From the sequence record PQ390715.1: 64,000 nucleotides of DNA. The stretch is one strand, 5' to 3'. The notes beneath the pieces are model-generated. The model was not told the DNA's origin and ran no database searches. It worked only from the letters and a program-made list of their open reading frames with translations. Of this stretch, positions 1-10,343 are shown one piece after another. The position numbers and the translations under genes were made by a program. Numbering within the stretch: position 1 is the first letter of the stretch; each line of letters starts with the position of its first letter.

Positions 1-83
1 TACTCCAAACTATTGACGGGAGAACTATTCCCCCGCTCGATGTAAAACATTATACATTACTGGTTAGTACTGTCAAATAGTTT

Positions 84-341
84 TTATGAAATATCTTCGA
101 TGTAGTCGGCCCATTTCATTTTTTCAGTACTGTCAACGGCGACCGGATTATTTGGATCAAACCATTCACCATTACCGCAGTACATACCGACAGCTACGGT
201 TTTATAGCCATCCTGGGCCGTACTCCACGACATTGCACGATAGATATGGCCTTTAACTGGTTGCAGTACTGGTAACGTTTTATGGTCTTCTACGTAGGCC
301 ATAGCTTGAGGATTTACCCGATATTGTGTGAACTGTTCCAT
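84..341 (-). CDS. Hypothetical early protein
   Basis: 85-aa ORF with RBS; promoter-like element at ~375-396. Confidence 0.7.
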   Translation of the reverse strand: MEQFTQYRVNPQAMAYVEDHKTLPVLQPVKGHIYRAMSWSTAQDGYKTVAVGMYCGNGEWFDPNNPVAVDSTEKMKWADYIEDIS

Positions 342-417
342 TATGTTTCCCCTTGTAGTTAGTAAAGTTATTACATCAGTACTATCAAGCTATGTCAATA
401 GTACTGAAATAAAACTT

Positions 418-642
418 TTAGATTAGATTATTGATGCCGTTGATGGTAGACTCGCTTTCTTCTTTCTCCCATTGGCGGTAGTACTTCCATGCTTCATGAT
501 ATGTGGCGATTAGTTCATCTTTTTGATCCTGAGTACATGCCAGTACTGAATCACGGTAAGAGGTGTTATAGATAGAATCGAATGATTTCTTCTCTTCTGC
601 CAGGGTAGCTACTTCCCGCATCAGTTCATCAAAGTTAGCCAT
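418..642 (-). CDS. Hypothetical early protein
   Basis: Own promoter, leader hairpin and AGGAG RBS. Confidence 0.8.
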   Translation of the reverse strand: MANFDELMREVATLAEEKKSFDSIYNTSYRDSVLACTQDQKDELIATYHEAWKYYRQWEKEESESTINGINNLI

Positions 643-709
643 TTTATTACTCCTTTTAGTGGGGGAGGATATCTCCCCCTATGCAAAACATTATACTTTG
701 TTTTAGTTA

Positions 710-973
710 TTATGCAAGTACTTTTTTCATATAAAGATTATATTCTACACCGCCGTAACCTTCTAAGATGATATGTTTTGCGTTATCACGTTTGCACATA
801 GTGAAACCGTTGTTGATGTGTTCTGCATTTTCCAGGGCTACATCACCGATTGCAGCACATACAGCACTTACAACGGTATTCCGCAAAGTACTGGTATCAT
901 TAGCGGTCATAGTAGTTTGCAGTACTACGTTGTCGTATACGTGTGCATTGATAGTGATTTCGATAGTGTTCAT
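710..973 (-). CDS. Hypothetical early protein
   Basis: Own promoter, leader hairpin and GGAG RBS. Confidence 0.8.
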   Translation of the reverse strand: MNTIEITINAHVYDNVVLQTTMTANDTSTLRNTVVSAVCAAIGDVALENAEHINNGFTMCKRDNAKHIILEGYGGVEYNLYMKKVLA

Positions 974-1059
974 GGTGTATCTCCCGGACTGGCGGGAGAA
1001 CTATTCCCCCGCTCTATGTAAAACATTATACGTTAATCTAACTACAATGCAAGTACTTT

Positions 1060-1251
1060 TTAAATTTTATTTCCGATATAGTCCGGTCTATTCTTTTCGG
1101 TCATACGCTTTGCTAATGTTTGCATATGGCTTATTGCGTTTAATGTGTCTTCCTCCAGGGATGAATCAACATAATCAGGATCATTCTTCACCTTGCAATG
1201 GTTATGATAGCGTAGTACTGCCAGTACTTTTTTAACTTCTTCAACTGTCAT
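1060..1251 (-). CDS. Hypothetical protein
   Basis: ATGA-type overlap with the upstream ORF. Confidence 0.7.
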   Translation of the reverse strand: MTVEEVKKVLAVLRYHNHCKVKNDPDYVDSSLEEDTLNAISHMQTLAKRMTEKNRPDYIGNKI

Positions 1252-1520
1252 AATAAGTATTCCACTTCGTTAGCTTTCAGGTTAGTATCAATCATCAGTG
1301 GATTTTTGTAGTTCACAAAACGATTAGTTTTCTCGATAGCGAATCCCATATAATCCAGCTTACTTACAGTACATTCATTCTTAAAAACTTCTTTCGCTGC
1401 ATTGATGGCTGATTCAATTGATAACCGACCATCTAAGTTAATGTTTCCAAATGATCCACCAGCAGAAGTAGGATTACCGTTCATATCTTTAATGATCATA
1501 GTAGCGGAGTAGCTGGACAT
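1248..1520 (-). CDS. Hypothetical early protein
   Basis: Own promoter, leader hairpin and AAGGA RBS. Confidence 0.8.
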   Translation of the reverse strand: MSSYSATMIIKDMNGNPTSAGGSFGNINLDGRLSIESAINAAKEVFKNECTVSKLDYMGFAIEKTNRFVNYKNPLMIDTNLKANEVEYLL

Positions 1521-1604
1521 AATTTTGTTTCCTTTTAGTATCGGGGAGAACTATTCTCCCCTTGATGTAAACTATTATACAGTACTAAGATACTTTGTCA
1601 ATAC

Positions 1605-1826
1605 TTAATTACGTTTAAAATGATATGTACCGTTATCATCCTGTACGCCCCATACTGATTTACCATCAACACCAGTGAAGCCGGATTGTATTTCAATATG
1701 GAAACCATTATTATCAACTACAAAAACTTTTTTATTTTCATCCCGATAACATTGATATTCTGAATCAACATTAAAGGCCGCATCATTCAGAAGATTGGAA
1801 GCGTAAATGCAAGTCATTGTAGTCAT
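1605..1826 (-). CDS. Hypothetical early protein (start moved to MTTMTC)
   Basis: The ORF-track 5' extension runs through the promoter/leader; AAGGA RBS precedes 1826. Confidence 0.75.
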   Translation of the reverse strand: MTTMTCIYASNLLNDAAFNVDSEYQCYRDENKKVFVVDNNGFHIEIQSGFTGVDGKSVWGVQDDNGTYHFKRN

Positions 1827-1946
1827 GATTTTATTCCTTATTCTTTGAGGGAGAACCGTTCCCCCCCTCTCGATATAAAACATTATACTTGATTCTAAGT
1901 ACAATGCAAGTACTTTTTAAAAATAGTTTTCAGTACTGAATACTTA

Positions 1947-2031
1947 TATAATAGATACATTTATGCACCCTGTGGGTCAGTGAGCTATCTCTCAATGAAT
2001 ATATAATAGCAAAGGGACTGACCGAAATCAA
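1947..2031 (-). ncRNA. Family A small structured RNA/element, copy 1
   Basis: TTGATT-17-TATTAT promoter, hairpin TGAG-AGATAG-CTCA, then CCCACAGGGTGCATAAATGTATCTAT; no ORF. Confidence 0.55.
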
Positions 2032-2049
2032 TCCCTTTTTTAATCTTTT

Positions 2050-2634
2050 TTATCGTGTTACTTTACTTGCTGCCACATCACGCTTTTTATAGTACTGATT
2101 CCAGATATTGCGGGTTAAACCGTAATCAAGTACTTTAATAAGTCCATTACGATCCTGGCCGATATTCTGTTTTCTGATATCTCTTATCGTTAGTGTTGAT
2201 AATGTATCATCGACGTGTTGTAGTGCATCAGCAAAGCGGTGCTGGCGTTCAATGGCATTACGTTTAATATTGTACTTTAATTCGTTGCACGCGTTAACGT
2301 GCTTCACACTGCCTTTACTTGCAGTACTCAACCGATCCATAACGATAAACATATTATCAGGATCGCATAAATGCATATGCACCTTTGCAAAGTACTGTTT
2401 CAATTGAGGGCGGTCATAGTCTAAAAAATTCCATACCTTACATTCAGTTTCATTTTGTTCTACACCCGCATCACAATTGGCGACCTTAATCACTAACCGA
2501 TCATTTAAAGCGAATACAATACGGGAAGAACCCGCACCGATGATCTCCAGACCAGCTAACCGACAAGCTGAAAGGATCTCTTTGTTGGTTTCCATTTCTG
2601 ACAGGGTACGGATGAATTTAGTATAATTACGCAT
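2050..2634 (-). CDS. Ser/Thr protein kinase-like protein
   Basis: IGAGSSRIVF Gly-loop, VIKVA lysine, NETE alphaC glutamate, RDIRKQN catalytic loop, VLDYG (DFG equivalent). Confidence 0.8.
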   Translation of the reverse strand: MRNYTKFIRTLSEMETNKEILSACRLAGLEIIGAGSSRIVFALNDRLVIKVANCDAGVEQNETECKVWNFLDYDRPQLKQYFAKVHMHLCDPDNMFIVMDRLSTASKGSVKHVNACNELKYNIKRNAIERQHRFADALQHVDDTLSTLTIRDIRKQNIGQDRNGLIKVLDYGLTRNIWNQYYKKRDVAASKVTR

Positions 2635-2665
2635 TGCATGTTCTCCTTGAGTTAATGAAACTATC

Positions 2666-2908
2666 TTACAGTACTTTACTATCAATGGCAACCACTTTTT
2701 TCACACTTACAGCGTGAATCACTTCCTTAGTGTTTTTAGTACTGAATACTTTCGCTGTTCCATGTTCTACTGCAATGCGATAACGACCGTTAACATCAAC
2801 CATATTAATAAAGTCCGGTGTACTAAACCGAGTAGTACGGCATTTCAGTACTGTTAACAGTTCCACCAGCGATGTAGTTTCTTTGATACGTTTTTCTAAA
2901 GTAATCAT
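2666..2908 (-). CDS. Hypothetical protein
   Basis: Start MITLEK after a GGGG RBS. Confidence 0.65.
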   Translation of the reverse strand: MITLEKRIKETTSLVELLTVLKCRTTRFSTPDFINMVDVNGRYRIAVEHGTAKVFSTKNTKEVIHAVSVKKVVAIDSKVL

Positions 2909-2961
2909 TTTGTTTTCCCCGTGTTGGTATGTACATATAGTACTAAAACATTTGAGTACTG

Positions 2962-3216
2962 TCAACGTGATATTAGTTTTATTTTCTTATTATATTGTTG
3001 GTGTTCATATAGGTTTATCTTTCCTGTGTTCTCAATTACTATTCTGTTGTTAGTGTCTACATCGATTACACGCAGTTTTCCGTTGCTTAACTTCCTTGGT
3101 AATAGGTTACCATTAATAAACTCATTAGCAAGCTGTACGGCCTTTGTGATGATTCTCTGTGGTGCTTTATAGTGTACCCGCAAGATATTATCTTTAGATA
3201 GTTGTACCTTAATCAT
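2962..3216 (-). CDS. Hypothetical protein, possibly ParE/RelE-like fold
   Basis: Pattern P..I..KA..L.....G...RKL.....DV...RI.....L.EH..YNK recalls ParE-like toxin proteins (by eye only). Confidence 0.4.
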   Translation of the reverse strand: MIKVQLSKDNILRVHYKAPQRIITKAVQLANEFINGNLLPRKLSNGKLRVIDVDTNNRIVIENTGKINLYEHQQYNKKIKLISR

Positions 3217-3278
3217 TTTAGTTTATCCTATAAAAAAGGCGGGAACTGATCCCGCCGTGTTGTTAGTACTGCAAGTTA

Positions 3279-3683
3279 TTAGATAACCTGGCGGCGTTTA
3301 CTGTATACTGTTACACGATTACCCTTACGGTCGTGTCGGATCTCTTTCTGGTTGCGAACCAGTTCACTTGGACGCTTAAGGTTTGCCAGGTGATCCGCGT
3401 GAGTCCAAGCGGTATGGTTTGTCTGTACTTTGATATCAGAATCAGCGATAAATTCATCTTGTGCGTTAAGTACTGCCGCCAGTAAATCCGCTCGTTTTAG
3501 TTCTGATGCTGTTAGTACTGGCTCCGGTGAATTCACAATATCAGAGATTTCTTTGAACTGTACGGCCCAGCGTTGGCCTTTCGGTGCATCTTTGCCCATG
3601 TCTTTAAATGCTGCTCCTTCCTCGCGTGCAACAATACGGGCAGCTTCACGGGTAGCGTAGAATTTAGTAATCATGGTATACAT
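3279..3683 (-). CDS. Hypothetical early protein, paralogue of 15333..15599
   Basis: Shared YATRE.AR..AR..GA.FKDMG...G.RWA and HDRKGNRVTVYS. Confidence 0.85.
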   Translation of the reverse strand: MYTMITKFYATREAARIVAREEGAAFKDMGKDAPKGQRWAVQFKEISDIVNSPEPVLTASELKRADLLAAVLNAQDEFIADSDIKVQTNHTAWTHADHLANLKRPSELVRNQKEIRHDRKGNRVTVYSKRRQVI

Positions 3684-3769
3684 CCTATTAGTTGAGATAG
3701 TACTACAAGTTAGAGTCTATTATAAAGTACTATCTGGGCAATGTCAAATAGTACTTTAAATGGATTCTA

Positions 3770-4093
3770 TTACATGTCTTTCTTACGTTTTACATCGTAG
3801 TATCGAACTGTAATTTCTTTGTTGATCTCTTCCTCGATGCGGTGAATAACTTTTTCTTTCGGGTTGAAACCTATAACGGTTTCTTTAATGATCTCCAAGC
3901 CCGTGTATTCGCCTTGTGTACCGTAACCGTATGTAAAGGTTTCGTGTCCCAGGTCTTCCCAGCGGTCGCCAATTAACGCTGACACGTAGCAAGAGTGGTA
4001 AGTATTGCCGTTCCGATCAGTCCAGCGATTAACTTTAATGTCAAAGGAGGTTACAATTTTCAGTTCTACTTTCTGGGTAAGGATCATAGCCAT
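3770..4093 (-). CDS. Hypothetical early protein, paralogue of 9999..10343
   Basis: Shared RW....GNTY.S, YGY and VKRKKD C-terminus. Confidence 0.85.
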   Translation of the reverse strand: MAMILTQKVELKIVTSFDIKVNRWTDRNGNTYHSCYVSALIGDRWEDLGHETFTYGYGTQGEYTGLEIIKETVIGFNPKEKVIHRIEEEINKEITVRYYDVKRKKDM

Positions 4094-4178
4094 TTTTATT
4101 TCTCTCTCTTTGTTAGGAGGGGAACCATTCCCCCCTTGATGTAAACTATTATACAGTACTAAGATACTTTGTCAATAC

Positions 4179-4454
4179 TTAATTATTATAAATGTCGTGA
4201 ATAGTGATAAAGTTTTTACGACCGTAAACCTGCAAATCAATATCAATGTAGTGCTTATCAAGTACATCCTCGACGCTTAACGCGGTGTCGTGAATATCTT
4301 CGTAGAATTGAGGATCTACAATCTTGCTTAAGTCATCCGGCGTTAACTTATCGTTAAGCAGTTGAACCGCCTGGATATCTGCTTCACGTTTCCAGTCTTC
4401 CAGGTTAGTAGTCAGTACTTGTTCGATTTCGTTAGCTGTCAGTAGAATCCGCAT
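4179..4454 (-). CDS. Hypothetical early protein
   Basis: Own promoter and RBS. Confidence 0.75.
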   Translation of the reverse strand: MRILLTANEIEQVLTTNLEDWKREADIQAVQLLNDKLTPDDLSKIVDPQFYEDIHDTALSVEDVLDKHYIDIDLQVYGRKNFITIHDIYNN

Positions 4455-4523
4455 TTTAATGTTTCCTTATCAGGGGTTGATGTAAGTATTATACTCGTTT
4501 ACTTTCTATTGTCAAACTATTTT

Positions 4524-4631
4524 ATCAGGGGAGTTTTTCGTATGTCTTACTCCTGGACTACTTAACGGGGTTACTTGTTTCGTTCCCCGTCCTGATGTAA
4601 AACATTATACTTGATTCTAAGTACAATGCAA
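4524..4631 (-). ncRNA. Family B structured RNA, copy 1 (three-way junction, ~75 nt, with promoter)
   Basis: TTGCAT-16-TATAAT promoter; P1 ATCAGG/CCTGAT, P2 ACGGGG/CCCCGT, P3 GGAGT/ACTCC; no ORF; next promoter follows immediately. Confidence 0.65.
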
Positions 4632-4671
4632 GTACTTTTTTAAAAATAGTTTTCAGTACTATCCACCAGCA

Positions 4672-4751
4672 TATAATAGATACATTTATGCACCCTGTGG
4701 GCTGATTTGTTTCTATGCGTATATAATAGCAAAGGGACTGACCGGAGTCAA
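4672..4751 (-). ncRNA. Family A element, copy 2
   Basis: Promoter followed by CCCACAGGGTGCATAAATGTATCTAT. Confidence 0.55.
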
Positions 4752-5195
4752 TCCCTTTTTCAAATATTTTTAAACTTGTTTTGGGTTGCGATAGGTGATA
4801 GCGTTCGGGTACATTTGTTTAATGTTATTCCATGCCTGGTTAACATTGTAACCACTTGAGCGAATCAGTTGGTTACTACCGACACCTTGAAACACTACTT
4901 CGAATAAGAATTCTTTCATGCTTTCACCTCGCGATCTGCTTTACCTTTACGCCACGACATTACTAATTGTTCGCGTTGCCATAAGTCGAGTGATACAAAA
5001 AGTTTTGCGGTATCACTTTTAGGATACTCGCCATTAGTACCTAACCGATAAAACAGATCTTTCAGTACTGATAATTCTACTTGAATCATTTTATTACTCC
5101 TGATTGCGTTAATACTTCTACTATTGCATGAATGATCATAAGTACAGCTAAAACAATAATCATCGGATTCATTTGCATAAGCTGTACTCCTTATA

Positions 5196-5408
5196 TTAAT
5201 CTTTCAGCCAATGATCCTGAATGAATTTTTCGCCGGAACCTTGCTGCATTGATTGTAACAGACGTTCACGATGAGCGGCGGCGAATTGCTCAGTACTATG
5301 CGTTACGCCAGGCTGATAACGTGATACCCCATCCGGTCCGATGTATTGTACATCCCACGGTTTTTCGTTAGTATCAGACCATTTACGAACGATTAGTTGA
5401 CCTTGCAT
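5196..5408 (-). CDS. Hypothetical early protein
   Basis: Own promoter, leader hairpin and GAGGA RBS. Confidence 0.75.
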   Translation of the reverse strand: MQGQLIVRKWSDTNEKPWDVQYIGPDGVSRYQPGVTHSTEQFAAAHRERLLQSMQQGSGEKFIQDHWLKD

Positions 5409-5492
5409 TTTTCTTTCCTCTTAGTGGGGAGAATCATTTCTCCCCTTCATGTAACTTATTATACAGTACTATAATCTATTGTCAAATACTTT

Positions 5493-5681
5493 TTAAAGTT
5501 TATGAATCAATTCTTTATCTAAGCGATAGCGTACATTATTAATGGTAACAGCATTATTTTTAATGCTACGCTGTACAGGTCCACCAGCAATAACAAACGT
5601 TGCTTTATTACCCCGAACAATGATAGCACTTCCAGGATTACCGAAATCATCTTGTACTAAAATACTTGATAAGTTTTCCAT
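5493..5681 (-). CDS. Hypothetical early protein
   Basis: Leader hairpin and GAGGA RBS. Confidence 0.7.
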   Translation of the reverse strand: MENLSSILVQDDFGNPGSAIIVRGNKATFVIAGGPVQRSIKNNAVTINNVRYRLDKELIHKL

Positions 5682-5759
5682 TTTTATTTCCTCTTAGTAG
5701 GGGAAGATGTTTCCCCTTGATGTAAGTACTATAACAGTACTGAAAACTAAATGCAAGTA

Positions 5760-6116
5760 CTATGATAAAATCATGATAGGATATTCACTATCGATCAGTA
5801 CCTCGAATCCGAAACCTTCGTACCATTCTTTAAGATTAAAGGCGTTATCTTCTCCCGTATCGCATTCTAAAATGATACAATCTGAATCATCGGCGGCATC
5901 AATAAAGGCATTCATTAATTCGTTACCTTCACCATTGCCCCGACTATCAGGATCAACATAAAGAGAATCAATAAACGCTACACGGTCATAATCAAGATCC
6001 GGTGCAATGATTCCACGTTTAACAAACCAGTACTGCAATTGTGCTACTTTGCCCTGTACTTGATAGCCAGTGATCTCGCCATTGTCAGTAGTACGCGTGA
6101 TATGTTGTATTCCCAT
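5760..6116 (-). CDS. GNAT-family acetyltransferase
   Basis: IDSLYVDPDSRGNGEGNELM (motif A R/Q-x-x-G-x-G) and WYEGFGF (motif B). Confidence 0.85.
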   Translation of the reverse strand: MGIQHITRTTDNGEITGYQVQGKVAQLQYWFVKRGIIAPDLDYDRVAFIDSLYVDPDSRGNGEGNELMNAFIDAADDSDCIILECDTGEDNAFNLKEWYEGFGFEVLIDSEYPIMILS

Positions 6117-6179
6117 GATTTCAATCCTCAGTTAAGATATAAAATATTATAAACTATCTTTCAGTACTGTCAATACTTT

Positions 6180-6437
6180 TTATCTCATAGATCTATGCCA
6201 ACAATTACGCGGGGGACGTTTAAAAGTACTATCATGATCCTCCTGGCAAGTTATGCAGTACTTACATCCCTTAACGGCCTGGCGTCGATTCTCAGGGATT
6301 ATATCGCCGCAGTCGAGGCAATGTATCAGTGATTCTATTTGTGCGTTAATTTGCTTTCTAGCGTGGTTAACGGCGGCCTGAATCACTGCGTTAATCTCGT
6401 CTTGTTCGGCCCCATCTTTCGCGAATCCTACAGCCAT
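6180..6437 (-). CDS. TraR/DksA C4 zinc-finger protein (YbiI/TraR-like)
   Basis: GFAKDGAEQDEI N-terminus; CLDCGDIIPENRRQAVKGCKYCITCQ finger. Confidence 0.9.
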   Translation of the reverse strand: MAVGFAKDGAEQDEINAVIQAAVNHARKQINAQIESLIHCLDCGDIIPENRRQAVKGCKYCITCQEDHDSTFKRPPRNCWHRSMR

Positions 6438-6677
6438 TATTTTAACCTCATTATAAAAATACTATAGTACTGTAATGCGACAATAATATTACTTGTTCTT
6501 ACTTTTTCCAATCCACATGATACCACATATTCATCCCCATATGTGCGAAACGATACACCATGAAAATTTTTATACACTTGCACTACTAATCATAACCTTT
6601 CGTCTAACCAACTGCATAGAATTATACTACTTTACGCAAATTGATCAAGTATTGATCAGATCATTTTTTGATCAATA

Positions 6678-6764
6678 TTATACAGTTACATTTGTGCACC
6701 CTATGGGTTAGTGACGTTCTCGTCTTGATGTAAGTATTATGCCAGTACTTGATGATATTGTCAA
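6678..6764 (-). ncRNA. Family A element, copy 3
   Basis: TTGACA-17-CATAAT; hairpin GACG-AGAA-CGTC; CCCATAGGGTGCACAAATGTAACT. Confidence 0.55.
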
Positions 6765-6768
6765 TAGT

Positions 6769-6966
6769 TTATTTTAATTTTTTTCTGTCATTGATTAATG
6801 CTTTCAGTACTATACTAATGATTTGCAATGATTCATCAATGACTATAAAATTATTCTCTTTCATTAGATGATAGTTACCATTGATTGTATATTCTAAGGA
6901 GTACTGTTTACGTTTAATTTTTGATAATGTTTCTATTTGTTTTTGTACTGATTTCATGCTAATCAT
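6769..6966 (-). CDS. Hypothetical protein
   Basis: 65-aa ORF with RBS. Confidence 0.6.
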   Translation of the reverse strand: MISMKSVQKQIETLSKIKRKQYSLEYTINGNYHLMKENNFIVIDESLQIISIVLKALINDRKKLK

Positions 6967-7577
6967 TGTTAAACGTCCTGTAACGCATTCTAACGAGATA
7001 AACGGTTTAGTACTGGCATTGTATAGGGTAATGAATTAAAGCCCACCAGCGTTAACCAGTGGGCTATAATCTTACATCTTGCGGATAATCTTAACAGTAT
7101 CTTTCACCGATTTACCGTCTTGCTGGCATTGCTCGATCATTGCGTATTGTTCTGCTGTAAGATCCTCGCCAGTTTTTGCCAGTACTGCGTCGATGAATGA
7201 ATCCAGTGCGATCATTTTGTTTCTCTCTTAGGTTAAGTTAACTACTGTTTATAAAACTTATTATACAGTACTATCAAACGTTGTCAATATCTTTAATAGT
7301 ACTGGTAATATATTTTAGCGGTAATCGTCGTATGCTTTATTCACCTGGCGAATGTAACTTTCAAAGGCTTCGTCTACCGTTTCATACTCCCGAACATAAT
7401 CACCATAGGAAACTACATACATACCTTTTTGATCTTCAAACGTCATGATGATAGAATCCAGACCAACGATTTCAGTTTTTGCGATGATAGCCATTTTTTA
7501 ATTCCTTAGTAGTGTAGTTGATAAAACTTATTATGCCAGTACTATCAATCATTGTCAATAGTACTGTGATAATATTT

Positions 7578-7790
7578 TTAGTTAATGATAGTCAGTGTAA
7601 AATTGTAATCCCCTGCCTGGTATAGTACTTTGTCGCCGAACGTACCAACACGTTTCATATTGCAATAGATACCCATAACACTTTTTACATCTTTGATATT
7701 CCGAACGCCTGTGATATCCTTGTTGAAATTTTCATGATCAGAAAATAAAACTTGTTTTGCATTTTTCAGTACAGTGCAGATATTAGCCAT
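7578..7790 (-). CDS. Hypothetical early protein
   Basis: Own promoter and leader hairpin. Confidence 0.75.
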   Translation of the reverse strand: MANICTVLKNAKQVLFSDHENFNKDITGVRNIKDVKSVMGIYCNMKRVGTFGDKVLYQAGDYNFTLTIIN

Positions 7791-7884
7791 TTTGTTTTCT
7801 CTTTGTTAGTGGGGAGAACTATTCTCCCCTTGATGTAACTTATTATACAGTACTATAATCTATTGTCAAACTATTTTTTTTATA

Positions 7885-8226
7885 TTATTCGAAATCTTCT
7901 GGACCGGACTGATAATCATCTTCACCGTATGCACTTTCTAACCGCTCGCCAGTGTGATCATCAGTTAGTGAGTCATCCTCATAGTTCACGTCTACGCCCG
8001 TGATGTAAAACTGGCTATCGTCTGGATCATTGAAATTAATTTTCTGAATGTTTACAATAACGGTATTGATGCCCAGGACACCGCCATCAGCAGTTACAAA
8101 GTACTGATAGTTTTCACAACCGCCTGAATTGAAACCGTAATTAATTTCGGCCCGACCATCATTTAAACGCAGTGCCTGGGCGATGATTTCGTTTTCAAAG
8201 TTAGATTGAGCAATTGAGATAGTCAT
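7885..8226 (-). CDS. Hypothetical acidic early protein (start MTISIA)
   Basis: Own promoter, leader hairpin and AAGGA RBS. Confidence 0.75.
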   Translation of the reverse strand: MTISIAQSNFENEIIAQALRLNDGRAEINYGFNSGGCENYQYFVTADGGVLGINTVIVNIQKINFNDPDDSQFYITGVDVNYEDDSLTDDHTGERLESAYGEDDYQSGPEDFE

Positions 8227-8342
8227 GATTCGTTTCCTTATTACCAGGGGAAACCGTTTCCCCTCTCGATGTAAAACATTATACGCCAATTGAGATAGTT
8301 TGCAAGTACTTTTTAAAAATAGTTTTCAGTACTCAATACTTA

Positions 8343-8427
8343 TATAATAGATACACTTATGCACCCGGTGGGCTAGTGATCTATCTCTCAATGAATATAT
8401 AATAGCAAAATGGCTGACCGAAGTCAA
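8343..8427 (-). ncRNA. Family A element, copy 4
   Basis: Promoter within a UUCG terminator; CCCACCGGGTGCATAAGTGTATCTAT. Confidence 0.55.
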
Positions 8428-8440
8428 CCACTTTTTTCAT

Positions 8441-8575
8441 TTATTTTTTAGCTTTCAGTACTGCCGCCTTTCGCGTCATGCCTTGCTTAATGTACTCCTT
8501 TACTTTCGCTTTACGTGCTTTCGCTTTATCTGCTTTCGTTTTAGGAGTACTGTAAATTAAACCGTTAGGATTCAT
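8441..8575 (-). CDS. Small highly basic protein (44 aa, MNPNGLIYSTPKTKADKAKARKAKVK...)
   Basis: Manual translation; below the ORF-track cutoff; ends just before a terminator. Confidence 0.55.
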   Translation of the reverse strand: MNPNGLIYSTPKTKADKAKARKAKVKEYIKQGMTRKAAVLKAKK

Positions 8576-9112
8576 TTAAATCACCATAAAGAATAGATAG
8601 GTTACTAACAATGCCGCGATCAATGCACCGATCACCGCTGAACTGTAATAAGCTAATGATTTCATTTTTTAGCCTGGAAGTAATGTTTAATTTGTGCGGC
8701 GGTCAGTGCACAATTTCGCAGGAAGTTTTCTGTATAACTGCGGCGAGTACTGAAAGAGAATTGACCTTTGCCGTTGCCGATAGTAACATCAAACCGAGCG
8801 TTGTATTGTTTCATTTTGATTCTCCTTGTATCAGGGGAGAACCATTTCCCCCCTCTATGAAAACCATTATACAGTACTGAAAACTAATTGCAAGTACTAT
8901 TTTTTAGATTTACGCAAACTTTCTACCATCTCAGGAGTAAGGCCCGGCGGGTAGGAAACCACTTCATCAACGAAACGTAAAGGGAATACCCCAGCGAAAG
9001 GTGAACATGCTTTCTTGGTATTACTCTTTTTTGATGCTTTCATTTCATATTCCTTAATTAGTGGGGAGAATCATTTCTCCCCTTCATGTAAAACATTATA
9101 CGCGTTTAAAAA

Positions 9113-9322
9113 CTAATTGCAAGTATTATTTTCTAAAAAATGATTGTATGCTGCATCAACCACTCTTTCGATAACATACGCCAACGGCACGTATCCAACT
9201 ACATGACTACAATAGAAAGGACTGCGATTAGAATCATCGTATGCAAATACTTTACCAGGTACGGCATCAATCACATACATATTAACCTTTAAGATGTCGA
9301 TCTTATCCTGTACAGTAAGCAT
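9113..9322 (-). CDS. Hypothetical protein
   Basis: Co-oriented, tightly packed ORF. Confidence 0.65.
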   Translation of the reverse strand: MLTVQDKIDILKVNMYVIDAVPGKVFAYDDSNRSPFYCSHVVGYVPLAYVIERVVDAAYNHFLENNTCN

Positions 9323-9327
9323 ATTAA

Positions 9328-9597
9328 TTAACCTTTTAAGTACTGACTCAAATAGTCTTTTTGTTCTTCGGTGATTGGCGGCATCTTCCCTAGTACTGGA
9401 TTAATGATATAATCCCCCGTCACGTCCTGTGATGCGTTCTCAGTACTAGCAACCGGACGGATACGGGCCATCGCCTGGGCTTGTTCTACACTGTAACGCT
9501 CATAAAGGCGGCATTCTTCCGGTGTAGGAATTGCATCAATTCGTTTCATTGGTTTAATGATGCTTTCAACTTCATTCAGTACTTGATTAACGTTCAT
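9328..9597 (-). CDS. Hypothetical protein
   Basis: GAGGA RBS. Confidence 0.7.
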   Translation of the reverse strand: MNVNQVLNEVESIIKPMKRIDAIPTPEECRLYERYSVEQAQAMARIRPVASTENASQDVTGDYIINPVLGKMPPITEEQKDYLSQYLKG

Positions 9598-9648
9598 GGT
9601 ATAATCCTCAATATAAGCGGCCTAAATCAACCGCTAACGATGTTTTGA

Positions 9649-9918
9649 TTAATAGGTGTATGGTTGACGCTCAAACAATGATTGCACGTTGTACGCCCCG
9701 CTAATGGGCTTCGCTGGCAAATCAATTTTATATTGTTCACGCTTAAAGATAATAAAACGACAATTGTTCTTAACATCAAAATTGATTGAACGTTCCAGGA
9801 GTTTACCATTGTGCACAAATACAAGATAACCGCTCGCTACTTGTTTTGTAGTACTGGTTGCAACCATTGACCGCCGAACATGTGTACCTGCATCGATTAA
9901 AGTACTGATATTTTTCAT
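9649..9918 (-). CDS. Hypothetical early protein
   Basis: GAGGA RBS and upstream promoter-like element. Confidence 0.7.
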   Translation of the reverse strand: MKNISTLIDAGTHVRRSMVATSTTKQVASGYLVFVHNGKLLERSINFDVKNNCRFIIFKREQYKIDLPAKPISGAYNVQSLFERQPYTY

Positions 9919-9998
9919 TATACTATCCTCTTAATTTGATTTAATTTCTTTCCCCTATGCAGACACTATATCAAAGTATCTGCATAAAGTAAAGCTAA

Positions 9999-10343
9999 TT
10001 AAAGATCTTTTTTGCGTTTAACATCAGTTACCGAACTGTAAACAGTGATATTATTGTCACGACAAAAACGGGAAAGATAAGAACCGTGTAAAAACTCTTT
10101 ATCTTCCATATTAATAACCTTGCTAAATTCTTCCATTGCTACAGTGTCAAAGTGATCCTCGTATCCATATTTGAACGGCACGTTTACTACTTCAATAAAT
10201 TCGCCATTGATTTCTACGTCTACCGTTAAAGAGAAATAAGTGTTACCATATGAAGCCTGGAACCAACGCCGAGCGGCAATATGTACAACTTCAACAGAAG
10301 ACAGGTTGATGTTTTGTGCTGCGATAGTGTTGATGTTAGCCAT
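9999..10343 (-). CDS. Hypothetical early protein, paralogue of 3770..4093
   Basis: Shared motifs; own promoter. Confidence 0.85.
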   Translation of the reverse strand: MANINTIAAQNINLSSVEVVHIAARRWFQASYGNTYFSLTVDVEINGEFIEVVNVPFKYGYEDHFDTVAMEEFSKVINMEDKEFLHGSYLSRFCRDNNITVYSSVTDVKRKKDL

